A stretch of 64,000 nucleotides of DNA from Candidatus Shapirobacteria bacterium (GTDB lineage Bacteria > Patescibacteriota > Microgenomatia > UBA12405). Numbering within the stretch: the stretch's first letter is position 1; the number at the start of each line of letters is the position of its first letter. Where the stretch lies: contig JBAYIT010000002.1 of the NCBI GenBank assembly GCA_041665485.1, positions 197,867 to 261,866 on the forward strand, in the 5' to 3' direction. A program made the position numbers and the translations under genes. Below are positions 18,579 to 28,742 of this stretch, in pieces. Below the pieces are notes generated by a model. It worked only from the letters and a program-made list of their open reading frames with translations. It made no database searches and was not told the DNA's origin.

Positions 18579-21248
18579 TCAAAGTGCCTTGATTTGTTCA
18601 AACTTATTCTCATTACCCGCGATAGTTTTCTTTGTTTTGAGAGTTACTGGTACACCTTGTTTAATCCCTGTTTTAGTGCCGTACAATGATCTTGAGTTGC
18701 TAATAGCTTTTTCCTTTGTGGCATTACTTCCGGTAATTGTAAAATCGTCAATCTCACCAGTAAAAGAATCTTGAGGTTCGAGGGCGTTTATTTTGATATA
18801 GAAATGATATGAGGGTAGGTTGCCAATTTGGCCTTCTTCTACTTGGGGCGCAAAAATTGGCAGGATTTTACTTTCATCCTTAGGGCTTGAGGTTCTAAAA
18901 GAGATAATTGTTCCGCTATTTCCAATGATCGTATCCAATAGATCGTCATCTAACTGGACAGTGTTTTGATGGGCTAGAATGGCACATAGTCGGTATTTTC
19001 GAGCCTCAGATAACACTTGAGCAAAGGTGGTTGTAGCAAAGTTTTGGAATTCATCAACATATAGGAAAAAGTCGGTTCGGTTACTTTCCAATAGATTAAT
19101 TCTTCGAAAAGCAGCCAGTTCCAGTTTGGCAATTATTAAGCTACCTAAAAAGAAAGAATTGTCCTCACCGATTTTTCCCTTGGACAGATCACATAAAAGT
19201 ATCTTCTTATTATCCATAATATCGTTAAAATCCAGCTTAGTTTTGGGTTGATTCAAAATATTACGCGTTAGGGTAGTGGTTAAGAATCGACCCAATTTAT
19301 TGGTAATGGGTGAAATTTGTTCCGCTCTCTGGTAACTTCCGGCAGCCCCAAACTCATTTTTCCAAAAGGTCTTTAAGACTTCATCAGTTAATTCATTTAC
19401 AACTCGTTTACGGTATTTGGTATCAGTTAGAAGTTCATATATGGTAAATAGAGTCGGTGTTTCAAGTTCTAAGGCAGTTAAAATGACATTTCTTAATATA
19501 TGCTCCATTCGGGGACCGGAATATCTGGCTTCGTATAGCTTATGAAATACGGATATAAGACTTGAGGTAATAAAATCTTTTTCCCGCTCTCTTTCAACTG
19601 GTGGTAAATCTTTAGGTAATTCCAGAAAATTTAGACCAATCGGATATTCGATATCATAGGGATTAAAGTAAACCACATCTTCGATTCGGTCTTTGGGGAT
19701 TATTTCCAGAAGTCTTTTTGATAAATCTCCATGAGGATCTATCACTGCCAAACCTTTACCATGGCCTAAATCTTGATAAATCATTTGTAGAAGTAAGGTA
19801 GTTTTACCTGTACCAGTTGCTCCGATCATGTAGGTATGGCGTCTTCGTTCTTCCAGTGTTTGACCAATAACTGTTTCTGTCTCGCCGTATTTGTTTTTGG
19901 CAAAAGTAATGTCAAAACCAATATCGGCTTTTTTTAATGATAAAGGAGGTGGTAATTGAGGACTTTTTATTTTTTGTAAATCTTCTGTTTGCGTAGTTGT
20001 AGTAAAAGGAAAGTGATACAAAGAAGAAAGTTCAGTTACCGATAAAATCGAGCTATTTGTAAGTACAGATAGGCGGTCAGTTAAAAGAATTTTGAAAATG
20101 TTGTCAAAAACCTTATTATGAAAAATCAAAGCTGATGAATCCTTAACCTGAAACGACTGATTGGGAGTGGCAAAAGTGTCAAAAGACGAGGTAAGACCGC
20201 TTAAACGTCTCTTATTGTTTTCTTGATCTTTAGTTTGGGAAATAAACCGAATGGTAACATCAAATAACGGCTGGTTAATCTTATCTTGAATGGTTTGATA
20301 AAGCTGTTGTTTTGGTAAACCAATTTCGTTTAAGCGTTTATTATTACCACCATCAAAGACCCACCAAGCGAGAAGTTGGGCATGATTATCTTTATCGAGA
20401 AACCAATCGATAAGAGTAAATGGTGAAAGAATTAAAACCAAAAATAGTCTAAAAATTAGATTAATAGCATCATAAAGTAAATTAACAACTGAAAGATTCA
20501 AACCGTTTCTAATTTTGTGTGAGATATCAGTGTTTCCCATAAATAACTCGCTAATTTCCCTGTTGTGGTGAGTAATTCTCGGATAGGTATTTTCTTGAAT
20601 CGGTGAACAGATGAATTGAAGAGAAACTAGCTCATTCTCAAGCAGTTTAGTCATGTGGGCTGTCACATATGCAATTGGATCATACTCATTAAGAGATGCT
20701 TGGCTTTGAAGCGGATATACATAAGAGCTTTTTAAACTAATTTCTTTGATACCAATAGGAAAACTAGTTAAACTATCATTTAAATAATCGGTAGTTTCTC
20801 TGATCTCAACTCCCGGAAGATAAGCTAACAGTGTTTTTTTAACAACGGATTTATCTTTATCTGAAATTCGTAGAATATACCTAATACCCAGTTGTTTGGT
20901 GGATACTAATTCAAAAGTTAGTTTTCTTTTAAAACCTATTATCCGCTCAATAAATGAATTTTGTTTTCCCAGCGAATGAAATAGGGTATAAAGCTCATTG
21001 GTTGATAAGGGGCTTTTTAAGGTTTTATCTGTTGGTCTGACTTCTAGGTATGCATAGCTTTCTGTAATTGCTTTTTTTATCCTGATATAGAGCAAAATGA
21101 CAGATACAACTCCTAAAAAGGAAAATATCGTTATCAGTAATACGGGAAGTGCAGATAAATATTGGCTAATTGGTGCGGTAAATAACCATGAGAGATAGCT
21201 TGGAAAAACTTTGGAATAATCTATAGTGGCAATGTTGCTGTCCATCAT
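18579..21248 (-). CDS. Type IV coupling protein (TraD/TrwB/VirD4-like ATPase)
   Basis: RRRHTYMIGATGTGKT, IDPHGDL, LYVDEFQNF, SEARKY motifs; N-terminal TM. Confidence 0.85.
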   Translation of the reverse strand: MMDSNIATIDYSKVFPSYLSWLFTAPISQYLSALPVLLITIFSFLGVVSVILLYIRIKKAITESYAYLEVRPTDKTLKSPLSTNELYTLFHSLGKQNSFIERIIGFKRKLTFELVSTKQLGIRYILRISDKDKSVVKKTLLAYLPGVEIRETTDYLNDSLTSFPIGIKEISLKSSYVYPLQSQASLNEYDPIAYVTAHMTKLLENELVSLQFICSPIQENTYPRITHHNREISELFMGNTDISHKIRNGLNLSVVNLLYDAINLIFRLFLVLILSPFTLIDWFLDKDNHAQLLAWWVFDGGNNKRLNEIGLPKQQLYQTIQDKINQPLFDVTIRFISQTKDQENNKRRLSGLTSSFDTFATPNQSFQVKDSSALIFHNKVFDNIFKILLTDRLSVLTNSSILSVTELSSLYHFPFTTTTQTEDLQKIKSPQLPPPLSLKKADIGFDITFAKNKYGETETVIGQTLEERRRHTYMIGATGTGKTTLLLQMIYQDLGHGKGLAVIDPHGDLSKRLLEIIPKDRIEDVVYFNPYDIEYPIGLNFLELPKDLPPVEREREKDFITSSLISVFHKLYEARYSGPRMEHILRNVILTALELETPTLFTIYELLTDTKYRKRVVNELTDEVLKTFWKNEFGAAGSYQRAEQISPITNKLGRFLTTTLTRNILNQPKTKLDFNDIMDNKKILLCDLSKGKIGEDNSFFLGSLIIAKLELAAFRRINLLESNRTDFFLYVDEFQNFATTTFAQVLSEARKYRLCAILAHQNTVQLDDDLLDTIIGNSGTIISFRTSSPKDESKILPIFAPQVEEGQIGNLPSYHFYIKINALEPQDSFTGEIDDFTITGSNATKEKAISNSRSLYGTKTGIKQGVPVTLKTKKTIAGNENKFEQIKAL

Positions 21249-21395
21249 AATTTAATAAGACTTGGCAGAACAATCTTTCCCGTTAAATTAGTGTGGAGTA
21301 TACCAAATCCTATAAGAATATTAAAGCGACGTAGTGCATAAATCCACTTGACAACTATCCCGAACAAGATATATACTATCTCTAACGAGATAGTT

Positions 21396-21695
21396 ATGGA
21401 AACACTAAAACTACAACAATATCCAGCATTTGAAACACCGCAGAAGTTAGCTACTTCGTATAATCCGCAGCAATCAATCGAAACAGCGATAAATAACATA
21501 TTCCCGTTACAGTCAGAAGAAAACAAAACTTCAAGGATGAGAAAAACTTTGGGAGAATCTGCCCAGTCTCTTTCAAACGAACAAATAGAAACAATCACGT
21601 CAGAATTTCAGTTTTTAATTGACTCCTGGATGGATGAGTTCGAAAAGGAGGTCTTTTGTGGATCGACGTTAAAAGAAATTTTAAATGAAGGCTGA
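21396..21695 (+). CDS. Small hypothetical protein co-transcribed with the recombinase
   Basis: Ends 2 nt before the recombinase ATG; TTGACA (21348) and TATACT (21372) upstream. Confidence 0.55.
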   Translation: METLKLQQYPAFETPQKLATSYNPQQSIETAINNIFPLQSEENKTSRMRKTLGESAQSLSNEQIETITSEFQFLIDSWMDEFEKEVFCGSTLKEILNEG

Positions 21696-21697
21696 AT

Positions 21698-23230
21698 ATG
21701 GAAATCATCAAAAGCGATAACAGTATTAAAGGAGCAATCATGTATCTAAGGGTATCGACCGAAGAACAAGTCGATAATTTTTCGCTGGAAACTCAAGAAA
21801 AGATTTGTAGACAAGAAGCGGAACGTCGAAACATGGAAGTCATTCAAATCTTTAAAGAGGAAGGTCGATCAGCAAAAAACATTACAGGCAGACCCGTATT
21901 AATTGAAATGCTTGAGTTTTGTCGAAAAAATAAACGGACTGTTGATGCTTTGATCGTGTATCGTTTAGACCGTCTTTCTCGTCAAACCGTTGACTTCCTC
22001 GCTATTCGGAAAAAACTATCAGAAAATCAAATCGCTATTATTTCGACATCAGAGCCAACAGGAAACAGCCCGACAGAAAGATTTATTGAAACGATGTTGG
22101 CGAGTTTCGCTCAAATGGATAACGATGTCCGAAGTGAAAGAACAAAAAATGGCTTAAAAGCACGATTTATGTCTGGTTTAACCAGTGGCGTACCACCAAT
22201 TGGATATATAAGCGAAAATGGCTACGCAGTCAAAGACCCTAAAACTTGGGATAATATCAAAAAGTCCTGGGAACTCATGGGAACAGGAACAAAATCACTC
22301 AAAGAAATGGCTGTTATCATGAATGCATGGGGAGTAAGGCAGCATTTTCATGGCAAGGAACATATTGTAAGGCATCAGGCCATTGGTCGAATGTTTCGGA
22401 ACAAATACTACATCGGTATATTGACTTCAGAGAGATATCCCGAAGAAGTCAAAGGACAACATCTTCCCATGGTTACAGAAGCCCTCTTCTATCGCATTCA
22501 AGCCATCATTGACGGTAGAAATACCAATATTAATGTACCAAACGTACGACATAATCGTGATAACCCGGAATTTCCCCTTAGAAGAATCGTAAAATGTGGT
22601 CTTTGTGACAACCCTATGACTGCTGGATGGAGCAAAGGGAAAAATGCCCGCTATGCTTATTATCGTTGTCAAAGATGTAATAAAGCTCCATCAATTCCAG
22701 CAGATAAAATTAACAATTCCGCCATTAGCTTTTTATCAACCATTTCTCCGACTGACGAGGCTCTTAAAGCTTTTGTTGGTCTTCTTCGTCACACTTACTA
22801 TCAAAGGATTGCTCGACTCCAAAAACGCAAAGATGAGGCAGATGGCGAGTTGAAACGCTTAAAAACCCTTCGACAGTCTTTAATTGAAAAGAATCTTAAC
22901 GGAATATATTCAGACGAGATTTTTCGTGAACAAAATAAACTGATTGAGGAACAGATTGCTAATGTCCAAGTTACCAAAGATGACACATTACTTGCAAAAT
23001 TTAATCTCCAAGATATCGTCAAATTTATGCTGGATAAATTCGCCAATTTGGGAAGAACGTATCAAATGTCAAACCTAAACCAGATCAGAATGCTTCTGTG
23101 TTCAATATGCCCCTCTGGATTGAAGTGGGACAATTTAAGCTACTCGAACACCGAGATTAGCCCGATATATAAATCAATTCGTATGTTTGAAGCAGAGGTC
23201 TGCTCCTTTGGTGCCGGGAAGAGGACTTGA
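21698..23230 (+). CDS. Large serine recombinase (integrase)
   Basis: YLRVSTEEQ catalytic Ser, RLDRLSR, recombinase domain, CGLC..CQRC zinc ribbon, coiled coil. Confidence 0.93.
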   Translation: MEIIKSDNSIKGAIMYLRVSTEEQVDNFSLETQEKICRQEAERRNMEVIQIFKEEGRSAKNITGRPVLIEMLEFCRKNKRTVDALIVYRLDRLSRQTVDFLAIRKKLSENQIAIISTSEPTGNSPTERFIETMLASFAQMDNDVRSERTKNGLKARFMSGLTSGVPPIGYISENGYAVKDPKTWDNIKKSWELMGTGTKSLKEMAVIMNAWGVRQHFHGKEHIVRHQAIGRMFRNKYYIGILTSERYPEEVKGQHLPMVTEALFYRIQAIIDGRNTNINVPNVRHNRDNPEFPLRRIVKCGLCDNPMTAGWSKGKNARYAYYRCQRCNKAPSIPADKINNSAISFLSTISPTDEALKAFVGLLRHTYYQRIARLQKRKDEADGELKRLKTLRQSLIEKNLNGIYSDEIFREQNKLIEEQIANVQVTKDDTLLAKFNLQDIVKFMLDKFANLGRTYQMSNLNQIRMLLCSICPSGLKWDNLSYSNTEISPIYKSIRMFEAEVCSFGAGKRT

Positions 23231-23293
23231 ACCTCCATGGATTGCTCCACACGCACCTCAAGCGTGCTTGTCTACCAATTTCAACATCCCGGC
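23209..23293 (-). tRNA. tRNA-Leu(GAG), CCA encoded
   Basis: Cloverleaf with long variable arm; anticodon loop TTGAGGT. Confidence 0.93.
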
Positions 23294-23388
23294 TCTAGTC
23301 GCTATTATACCTAATGATTTATCAATTTTATACTTCTTCGTAATCTGACAACACGTTTACGACAACTGCAAACTGTAAACCGATCTAG

Positions 23389-23461
23389 TGGCTGTTGAGG
23401 GACTCGAACCCCCGACCGCCCCGATGTAAACGGGATGCTCTACCAACTGAGCTAAACAGCC
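23389..23461 (-). tRNA. tRNA-Val(TAC)
   Basis: Cloverleaf; anticodon loop TTTACAT. Confidence 0.93.
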
Positions 23462-23657
23462 TATTAGGTTAAAACATCCAAATTTTATCAAATTCTCCAT
23501 TAATAATCTCTAAAAACAAAGCCATATGCAATATCAACTATGTATAAAATACATATTAGATATACGTTATTATCTCCCCAAACATCGGACAAAAGACTTG
23601 CCTTTCTCTCGGATAACTGACACAATGATAATGGTCTTTATTCAGACCATTTTTGTC

Positions 23658-26600
23658 ATGCCCATAACCCTTTTTCATCATTTTTTAACCAAAAAAATCA
23701 CCATTGCCAGATGGCAACTTAATTTCTTTGCCTTTATTTGTCTAACCACCGGTCTAATTACAGGATCCTATCTCGCCCTAAAAGGAATCACGGGCATTTT
23801 TGCCACTTCCAACTCTTCAATAACCAAAACTACCGATACTGATTTTAATCAGGGAACATTGTCCTCACTTTCAATTTCCGGTACCGGAAATTCTGCCACC
23901 GTTCTCCTTTCCGGAACAAGTGGATTTTATAACCGTAATTGGGGTTATCGAAAACAAATAATAATCGACCACACTAAAGTGTCAGCCGATTTAACGGACT
24001 TCCCTGTCCTCATCTCCATAACCAACGCCAGCCTCAAAAGCACCTCCAACGGCGGTCATGTCAGTCAAGACGATGGTGACGATATCTTATTTATCGCCTC
24101 CGACAATCTAACCAAACTAAGTCACGAAATTGAAAAATATGACAGCGCCACTGGGCAATTAACTACTTGGGTCAAAATACCCACTCTTTCAAGCTCTGTT
24201 GACACCACCATCTACCTCTACTACGGCAATGTCAGCACCGCTTCAATGCAAAACCCCACCGATGTTTGGAGTAACGGTTATGTTGGTATCTGGCATTTTT
24301 CTACCGGAGCCACCGGCCTTTCCGGAATAGATTCAACTTCCAATGAATACAACATGACTTTAAATGGAGTCACCGCCGGATCAGGCACCATCAACGGTGG
24401 AGCCAATTTTGACGGTAATCACTATTTATCAATTGGAACAAACATTTCTGCCCTGGACAACGCTAGTAATCTCACCATTGAACTTTGGACAAACTTAAAT
24501 GCCTATGGTTCTTATGGAACTGCTTTTTTTCAAAAACTGTCAATCAATAACTGGTCTAACGACATTTTATTTTTCGTCGGTAATGACTCATCTGTAAACC
24601 TTCAAATTGACAAAGGCGCCGACGGAGGGCCTTCTTATCTCGCCACCGACCTTCGCAACAGACAAGTTCACTTGGTAGGTACTTTTGATGGCACTCAAAC
24701 TGGAAACGCCAACCGAATGAAAATCTACGAAAACGGAGTCCAAAAAACACTCTCGTTTGGCTCCTGGTCGGCACCAACAACAACGGCTGATATGAACGGT
24801 TATAGTCAAAAAATCGGCCAATATACCAACGACGGTCCATATAACGCCTATGGTGTTTTTGATGAATTTCGTCTTTCTAGTGTTGCCCGCACCGCCGAAT
24901 GGGTAACCACAGAATACAACAACCAGCTTTCTCCAGCCACTTTTGTTTCTTTCGGTTCGGAAGAATCAGTTTTAGCCACTTCCGGCACTTGGGAATCGCC
25001 AACAAATTCAAATATTATCGATCTAATTTGGAATGGTGGTTGGGGTATCGGAACAAGTGAATCTACCGCCTTTTCGGCAACAATCTCCGGTGTTGGCGCC
25101 AGCAACACTATCGCCTTCGCCATCAAAACAGCCAATTCAGTCGCCAACCTCACTTCAGCCAATTACATTAATCTCGGCACGGCCAATTCCGGCACCACAT
25201 TTACCAAAACAAAGGCTGAATTAGATGCCCTAGGCGTTGCCACCGGCACGGCCAGATATGTTCAGGTCAAAGCCACTTTTGCCCAAACTTCCGACATCAC
25301 TCCTCAATTACATAGTTTTACTCTTTCCTATCTTTCCGACAACTCTGGCCCGGAAACTAACGCTACCAACATTGTCATGCTTCGCGATGTTGGCGGATCA
25401 GCTGTCGCTCAAAATGGTTGGACCAACAACTCCGCTCCTTACTTTTCCTGGACCGCCGGAGCCGACTCTCAATCCAATATTAAAGGATACTGTCTCTCTA
25501 TCACTGCCGGCAATACTAACCCCAATCTGGGAACCGTAATTAGTGACTTTCTCTCCGACAATACCCCATCCACTCTCGATAGCACTCATATTTCATCAGC
25601 CGGCACTCAATGTGGCAACGGCGCCGGATTTCTGGTCACCACCAACAACATTGATTTTGCTCAAACTAAATACCGGGGAACCGCCGTAAGTAAATCATGG
25701 TTAACTTCCTCAAATACCGCCTACTATCTATATATCAAAGCCATCGATAATACCGGAAATATCGCCCCCGATCCCAACACCTCATTCTATTTTCGTTTTG
25801 ACAACACTAATCCGACTAACCCCACTTATTTCTCCATGCCCAGCGACTGGGTTTCTACCCGATCCGTCTCACTTTTATGGGCCTCATCAGGCGACGATGG
25901 CCCGCAAGACAGCAATTCTGATATTGCCGGCCTCCAATATCGAATCGGCACCACTGGTCTCTGGTATGGTGATTCTCATTCCGGAACACAAGACAACACT
26001 GACCTATTAGCCAACGACGGCAATTACAGCATCCAACAGACTCCTGATTTTACTTCTCTGTCTGAAGGAACAAACAATATCTATTTACGCACCTGGGACA
26101 ACGCCGGAAACGCCTCCTCCTCCTATATTTCCGGAACTTTAAAAATCAACACCATCTCTCCCTCTGCCCCCAGAAATTTAAATGTCGAACCAACCGACAA
26201 CACCAGTAATTCCTACTCTTTTACTTGGGACACTCCTTCTACCTTTACCGGCCAAGCCAGCAATCTTAGTTATTGTTACACCATCAATACTCTTCCCACT
26301 TCCACCACCTGTACATATACCGGAATTGGCACCACCTCACTTTCCGCTGATGCCTTTGCCACCCAGCCGGAAACAAACACTCTTTACCTTGTCGCCAAAG
26401 ACGAGGCAGGCAACATTAATTACAATGCCTATACCTCCATTGCTTTCACTTATTCCGGTACTGCCCCGGGGTTGCCACGAAACGTTGACGTCTCAGACAT
26501 CTCTATTAAGTCAACTTCCAACTGGAAGTTAGCTATTTCTTGGGATATTCCTTCCTCGGTTGGCGCCGGAGTTTCCTCATATAAAATTTATCGTTCAACC

Positions 26601-28031
26601 ACCAACACCACTTGTTCCGCCAGTCCTTCCTTGTTTACTTTAATTGGAACCAGTGCCGGAACCTCCTATTCAGACATTAGTCTCTCTCAAGTTACTTATT
26701 ATTACTGCATTAAAGCCTGTGACAGTGCCTCAAATTGTTCTGCCTATTCTTCAACTGTTTCCAAGATTCCAACCGGAAAATACTTCACCTCAGCCGGCCT
26801 CACTTCCGGTCCAGCAGCCGGATCAATTACCACCAAAAAAGCCACTATCACCTGGAGTACTGACCGTTCTTCGGATTCAAAAATTGCTTTCGGCACAGCC
26901 AGCAATTCTTATGGATCCGACGAAGTCTCAAACTCCTCCCAAGTCACTTCTCACACTGTCAATCTAACCAACCTTAAGGCAGGAACAACCTACTACTACA
27001 AAGCCAAGTGGACAGACGAAGATGGTAACACCGGCACCTCCGACGAGAAAACTTTTACCACCGAATCAGCTCCCACCGTCAAGGACGTTTTAGCAAAAAA
27101 TATTGGTCTATCCACTGCTACCATCCAATTTACTTCCAAAGGCGCCACCAAAATCAAAATTTATTACGGAACAAACACTAGTTTTGGAGGTGGCAAAGAA
27201 ATTTCTACTTCTACTACTGAAACTACCTATACTACCGAATTAGTTGGCCTCAACGATGGCACTAAATACTATTACAAAATTAATACTTTCGATAGCGAGT
27301 CGGGTGAGTATGAAGGAACTATTCTCGATTTCACCACCCTTCCTCGTCCCAAAATCAGTAATGTTCGAATCCAGCAAGTCGCCAATACCGCCCAATCTAC
27401 CATTCTGGTTACCTGGTCCACCAACACCGAAGTCTCTTCAATTATCACTTATTACCCTCAGAATCAACCAGATGGTGCCAAAGATGAAGTCAACATCGCT
27501 CTTATTAAAGGCGATCACCGTTTGATTATTCGCGGTCTTTTACCCGAAACCGACTATATTTTAGTAGTTAAAGGTCGTGACAAAATTGGCAATGAAGCCA
27601 CCAGCGATTTTCAAAGTCTAACCACCGCCACCGACACTCGTCCGCCACAAATTTCTGAACTTCGGGTTGAAAGTTCAAATATTCCTCCCGTAACTCAAAC
27701 CGCTCAAAACCAAACGGCCCAGCTCGTAGTTTCTTGGAACACCGACGAGCCGGCTACCACCCAAGTTGAATTCAGTGAAGGTACTGGCGTCACTTACAGC
27801 CAAAAAACCCAAGAAGACAGCAATCTAACCCTCAATCATATCGTCATTATTTCCAATCTCTCTCCCTCAAAGGTTTATCACCTCCGTGCCATTTCCCGCG
27901 ACAAAGCCGAGAACTTAAGTAGCTCGATTGATGTTGTCACCATCACTCCTAAGGCCACTGAAAACGCCCTTAATCTCGTTATCACCAACCTTGAACAAGC
28001 CTTCAGCTTTTTGGGGGGGTTAAAAGACTAA
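23658..28031 (+). CDS. ~1460-aa surface protein: TM/signal, DUF2341-like plus LamG/ConA-like tip, FN3/Ig-like repeats; paralog of the DGR target
   Basis: LTDFPVLI..WVKIP..YLYYGN and DEFRLSSVARTAEW motifs; C-terminal region closely similar to 8887-13767. Start uncertain (ORF opens at 23526). Confidence 0.85.
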   Translation: MPITLFHHFLTKKITIARWQLNFFAFICLTTGLITGSYLALKGITGIFATSNSSITKTTDTDFNQGTLSSLSISGTGNSATVLLSGTSGFYNRNWGYRKQIIIDHTKVSADLTDFPVLISITNASLKSTSNGGHVSQDDGDDILFIASDNLTKLSHEIEKYDSATGQLTTWVKIPTLSSSVDTTIYLYYGNVSTASMQNPTDVWSNGYVGIWHFSTGATGLSGIDSTSNEYNMTLNGVTAGSGTINGGANFDGNHYLSIGTNISALDNASNLTIELWTNLNAYGSYGTAFFQKLSINNWSNDILFFVGNDSSVNLQIDKGADGGPSYLATDLRNRQVHLVGTFDGTQTGNANRMKIYENGVQKTLSFGSWSAPTTTADMNGYSQKIGQYTNDGPYNAYGVFDEFRLSSVARTAEWVTTEYNNQLSPATFVSFGSEESVLATSGTWESPTNSNIIDLIWNGGWGIGTSESTAFSATISGVGASNTIAFAIKTANSVANLTSANYINLGTANSGTTFTKTKAELDALGVATGTARYVQVKATFAQTSDITPQLHSFTLSYLSDNSGPETNATNIVMLRDVGGSAVAQNGWTNNSAPYFSWTAGADSQSNIKGYCLSITAGNTNPNLGTVISDFLSDNTPSTLDSTHISSAGTQCGNGAGFLVTTNNIDFAQTKYRGTAVSKSWLTSSNTAYYLYIKAIDNTGNIAPDPNTSFYFRFDNTNPTNPTYFSMPSDWVSTRSVSLLWASSGDDGPQDSNSDIAGLQYRIGTTGLWYGDSHSGTQDNTDLLANDGNYSIQQTPDFTSLSEGTNNIYLRTWDNAGNASSSYISGTLKINTISPSAPRNLNVEPTDNTSNSYSFTWDTPSTFTGQASNLSYCYTINTLPTSTTCTYTGIGTTSLSADAFATQPETNTLYLVAKDEAGNINYNAYTSIAFTYSGTAPGLPRNVDVSDISIKSTSNWKLAISWDIPSSVGAGVSSYKIYRSTTNTTCSASPSLFTLIGTSAGTSYSDISLSQVTYYYCIKACDSASNCSAYSSTVSKIPTGKYFTSAGLTSGPAAGSITTKKATITWSTDRSSDSKIAFGTASNSYGSDEVSNSSQVTSHTVNLTNLKAGTTYYYKAKWTDEDGNTGTSDEKTFTTESAPTVKDVLAKNIGLSTATIQFTSKGATKIKIYYGTNTSFGGGKEISTSTTETTYTTELVGLNDGTKYYYKINTFDSESGEYEGTILDFTTLPRPKISNVRIQQVANTAQSTILVTWSTNTEVSSIITYYPQNQPDGAKDEVNIALIKGDHRLIIRGLLPETDYILVVKGRDKIGNEATSDFQSLTTATDTRPPQISELRVESSNIPPVTQTAQNQTAQLVVSWNTDEPATTQVEFSEGTGVTYSQKTQEDSNLTLNHIVIISNLSPSKVYHLRAISRDKAENLSSSIDVVTITPKATENALNLVITNLEQAFSFLGGLKD

Positions 28032-28034
28032 TTT

Positions 28035-28742
28035 ATGAACAAAACTGTCATTCAGATCCAAAACCTTTCCAAATCCTTTCCTGTCGGCAATCAAAAGGTG
28101 CCGGTTCTTAAAAATCTTAACTTCGGGATTGAAAGTGGTGACTTCTGTATTATCGTCGGTCCTTCTGGTTGTGGTAAATCAACTCTGCTTCACACTATTC
28201 TTGGGCTGGAAAAGCCCACCTGGGGCACCTGTCACCTTTTATCACAAGACCTTTATCACGACATGGATGAAGACCAAATAAGTGAGTTTCGTAAAAACCA
28301 TATCGGCATGATTTATCAACAGCCAAATTGGATAAAGTCACTCACTGTTCTGGAAAATGTTGCTTTTCCCTTGGTTTTAATGGGCAAACCCCACTCCGAA
28401 AATTTGATCAACGCCAATAACTTACTTACCGCCATCAAAATGGATCCCTGGGCCTCCTACCTTCCCACTCAACTCTCAAGCGGTCAGCAACAAAAGGTTT
28501 CTTTAGTTCGCGCATTAATTAGCAACCCCGAAATAATCATTGCCGATGAGCCCACCGGTAATCTGGATTTTGAATCAGGTCAGGAACTAATGCAACTTCT
28601 GGTCGATCTTAACCATCAAAAAGGCAAAACTATTCTTATGGTTACTCACGATCTTGAATACCTTAAATTCGCCAAAACGATACTAAAAATGTTCGACGGC
28701 AACATTGTCAGTAAATATAAACAAAAGCAACATGATCGATAG
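28035..28742 (+). CDS. LolD/MacB-type ABC ATPase
   Basis: GPSGCGKST, LSSGQQQ, ADEPTGNLD; paralog of 8126-8884. Confidence 0.93.
   Translation: MNKTVIQIQNLSKSFPVGNQKVPVLKNLNFGIESGDFCIIVGPSGCGKSTLLHTILGLEKPTWGTCHLLSQDLYHDMDEDQISEFRKNHIGMIYQQPNWIKSLTVLENVAFPLVLMGKPHSENLINANNLLTAIKMDPWASYLPTQLSSGQQQKVSLVRALISNPEIIIADEPTGNLDFESGQELMQLLVDLNHQKGKTILMVTHDLEYLKFAKTILKMFDGNIVSKYKQKQHDR

Larger units (their letters stand above)
1..23230. mobile_element. Integrative conjugative-like element (left end outside window) inserted at the 3' end of tRNA-Leu(GAG)
   Basis: Cluster of VirB4-like, VirB6-like, pilin-like, coupling-protein, Replic_Relax-like and large serine recombinase genes abutting a tRNA 3' end. 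No second att copy is visible in the window. Confidence 0.75.

Noticed and set aside
23658-28031. Paralogous giant protein as a DGR target
   Set aside because: No CLec domain or TR-like segment was found.
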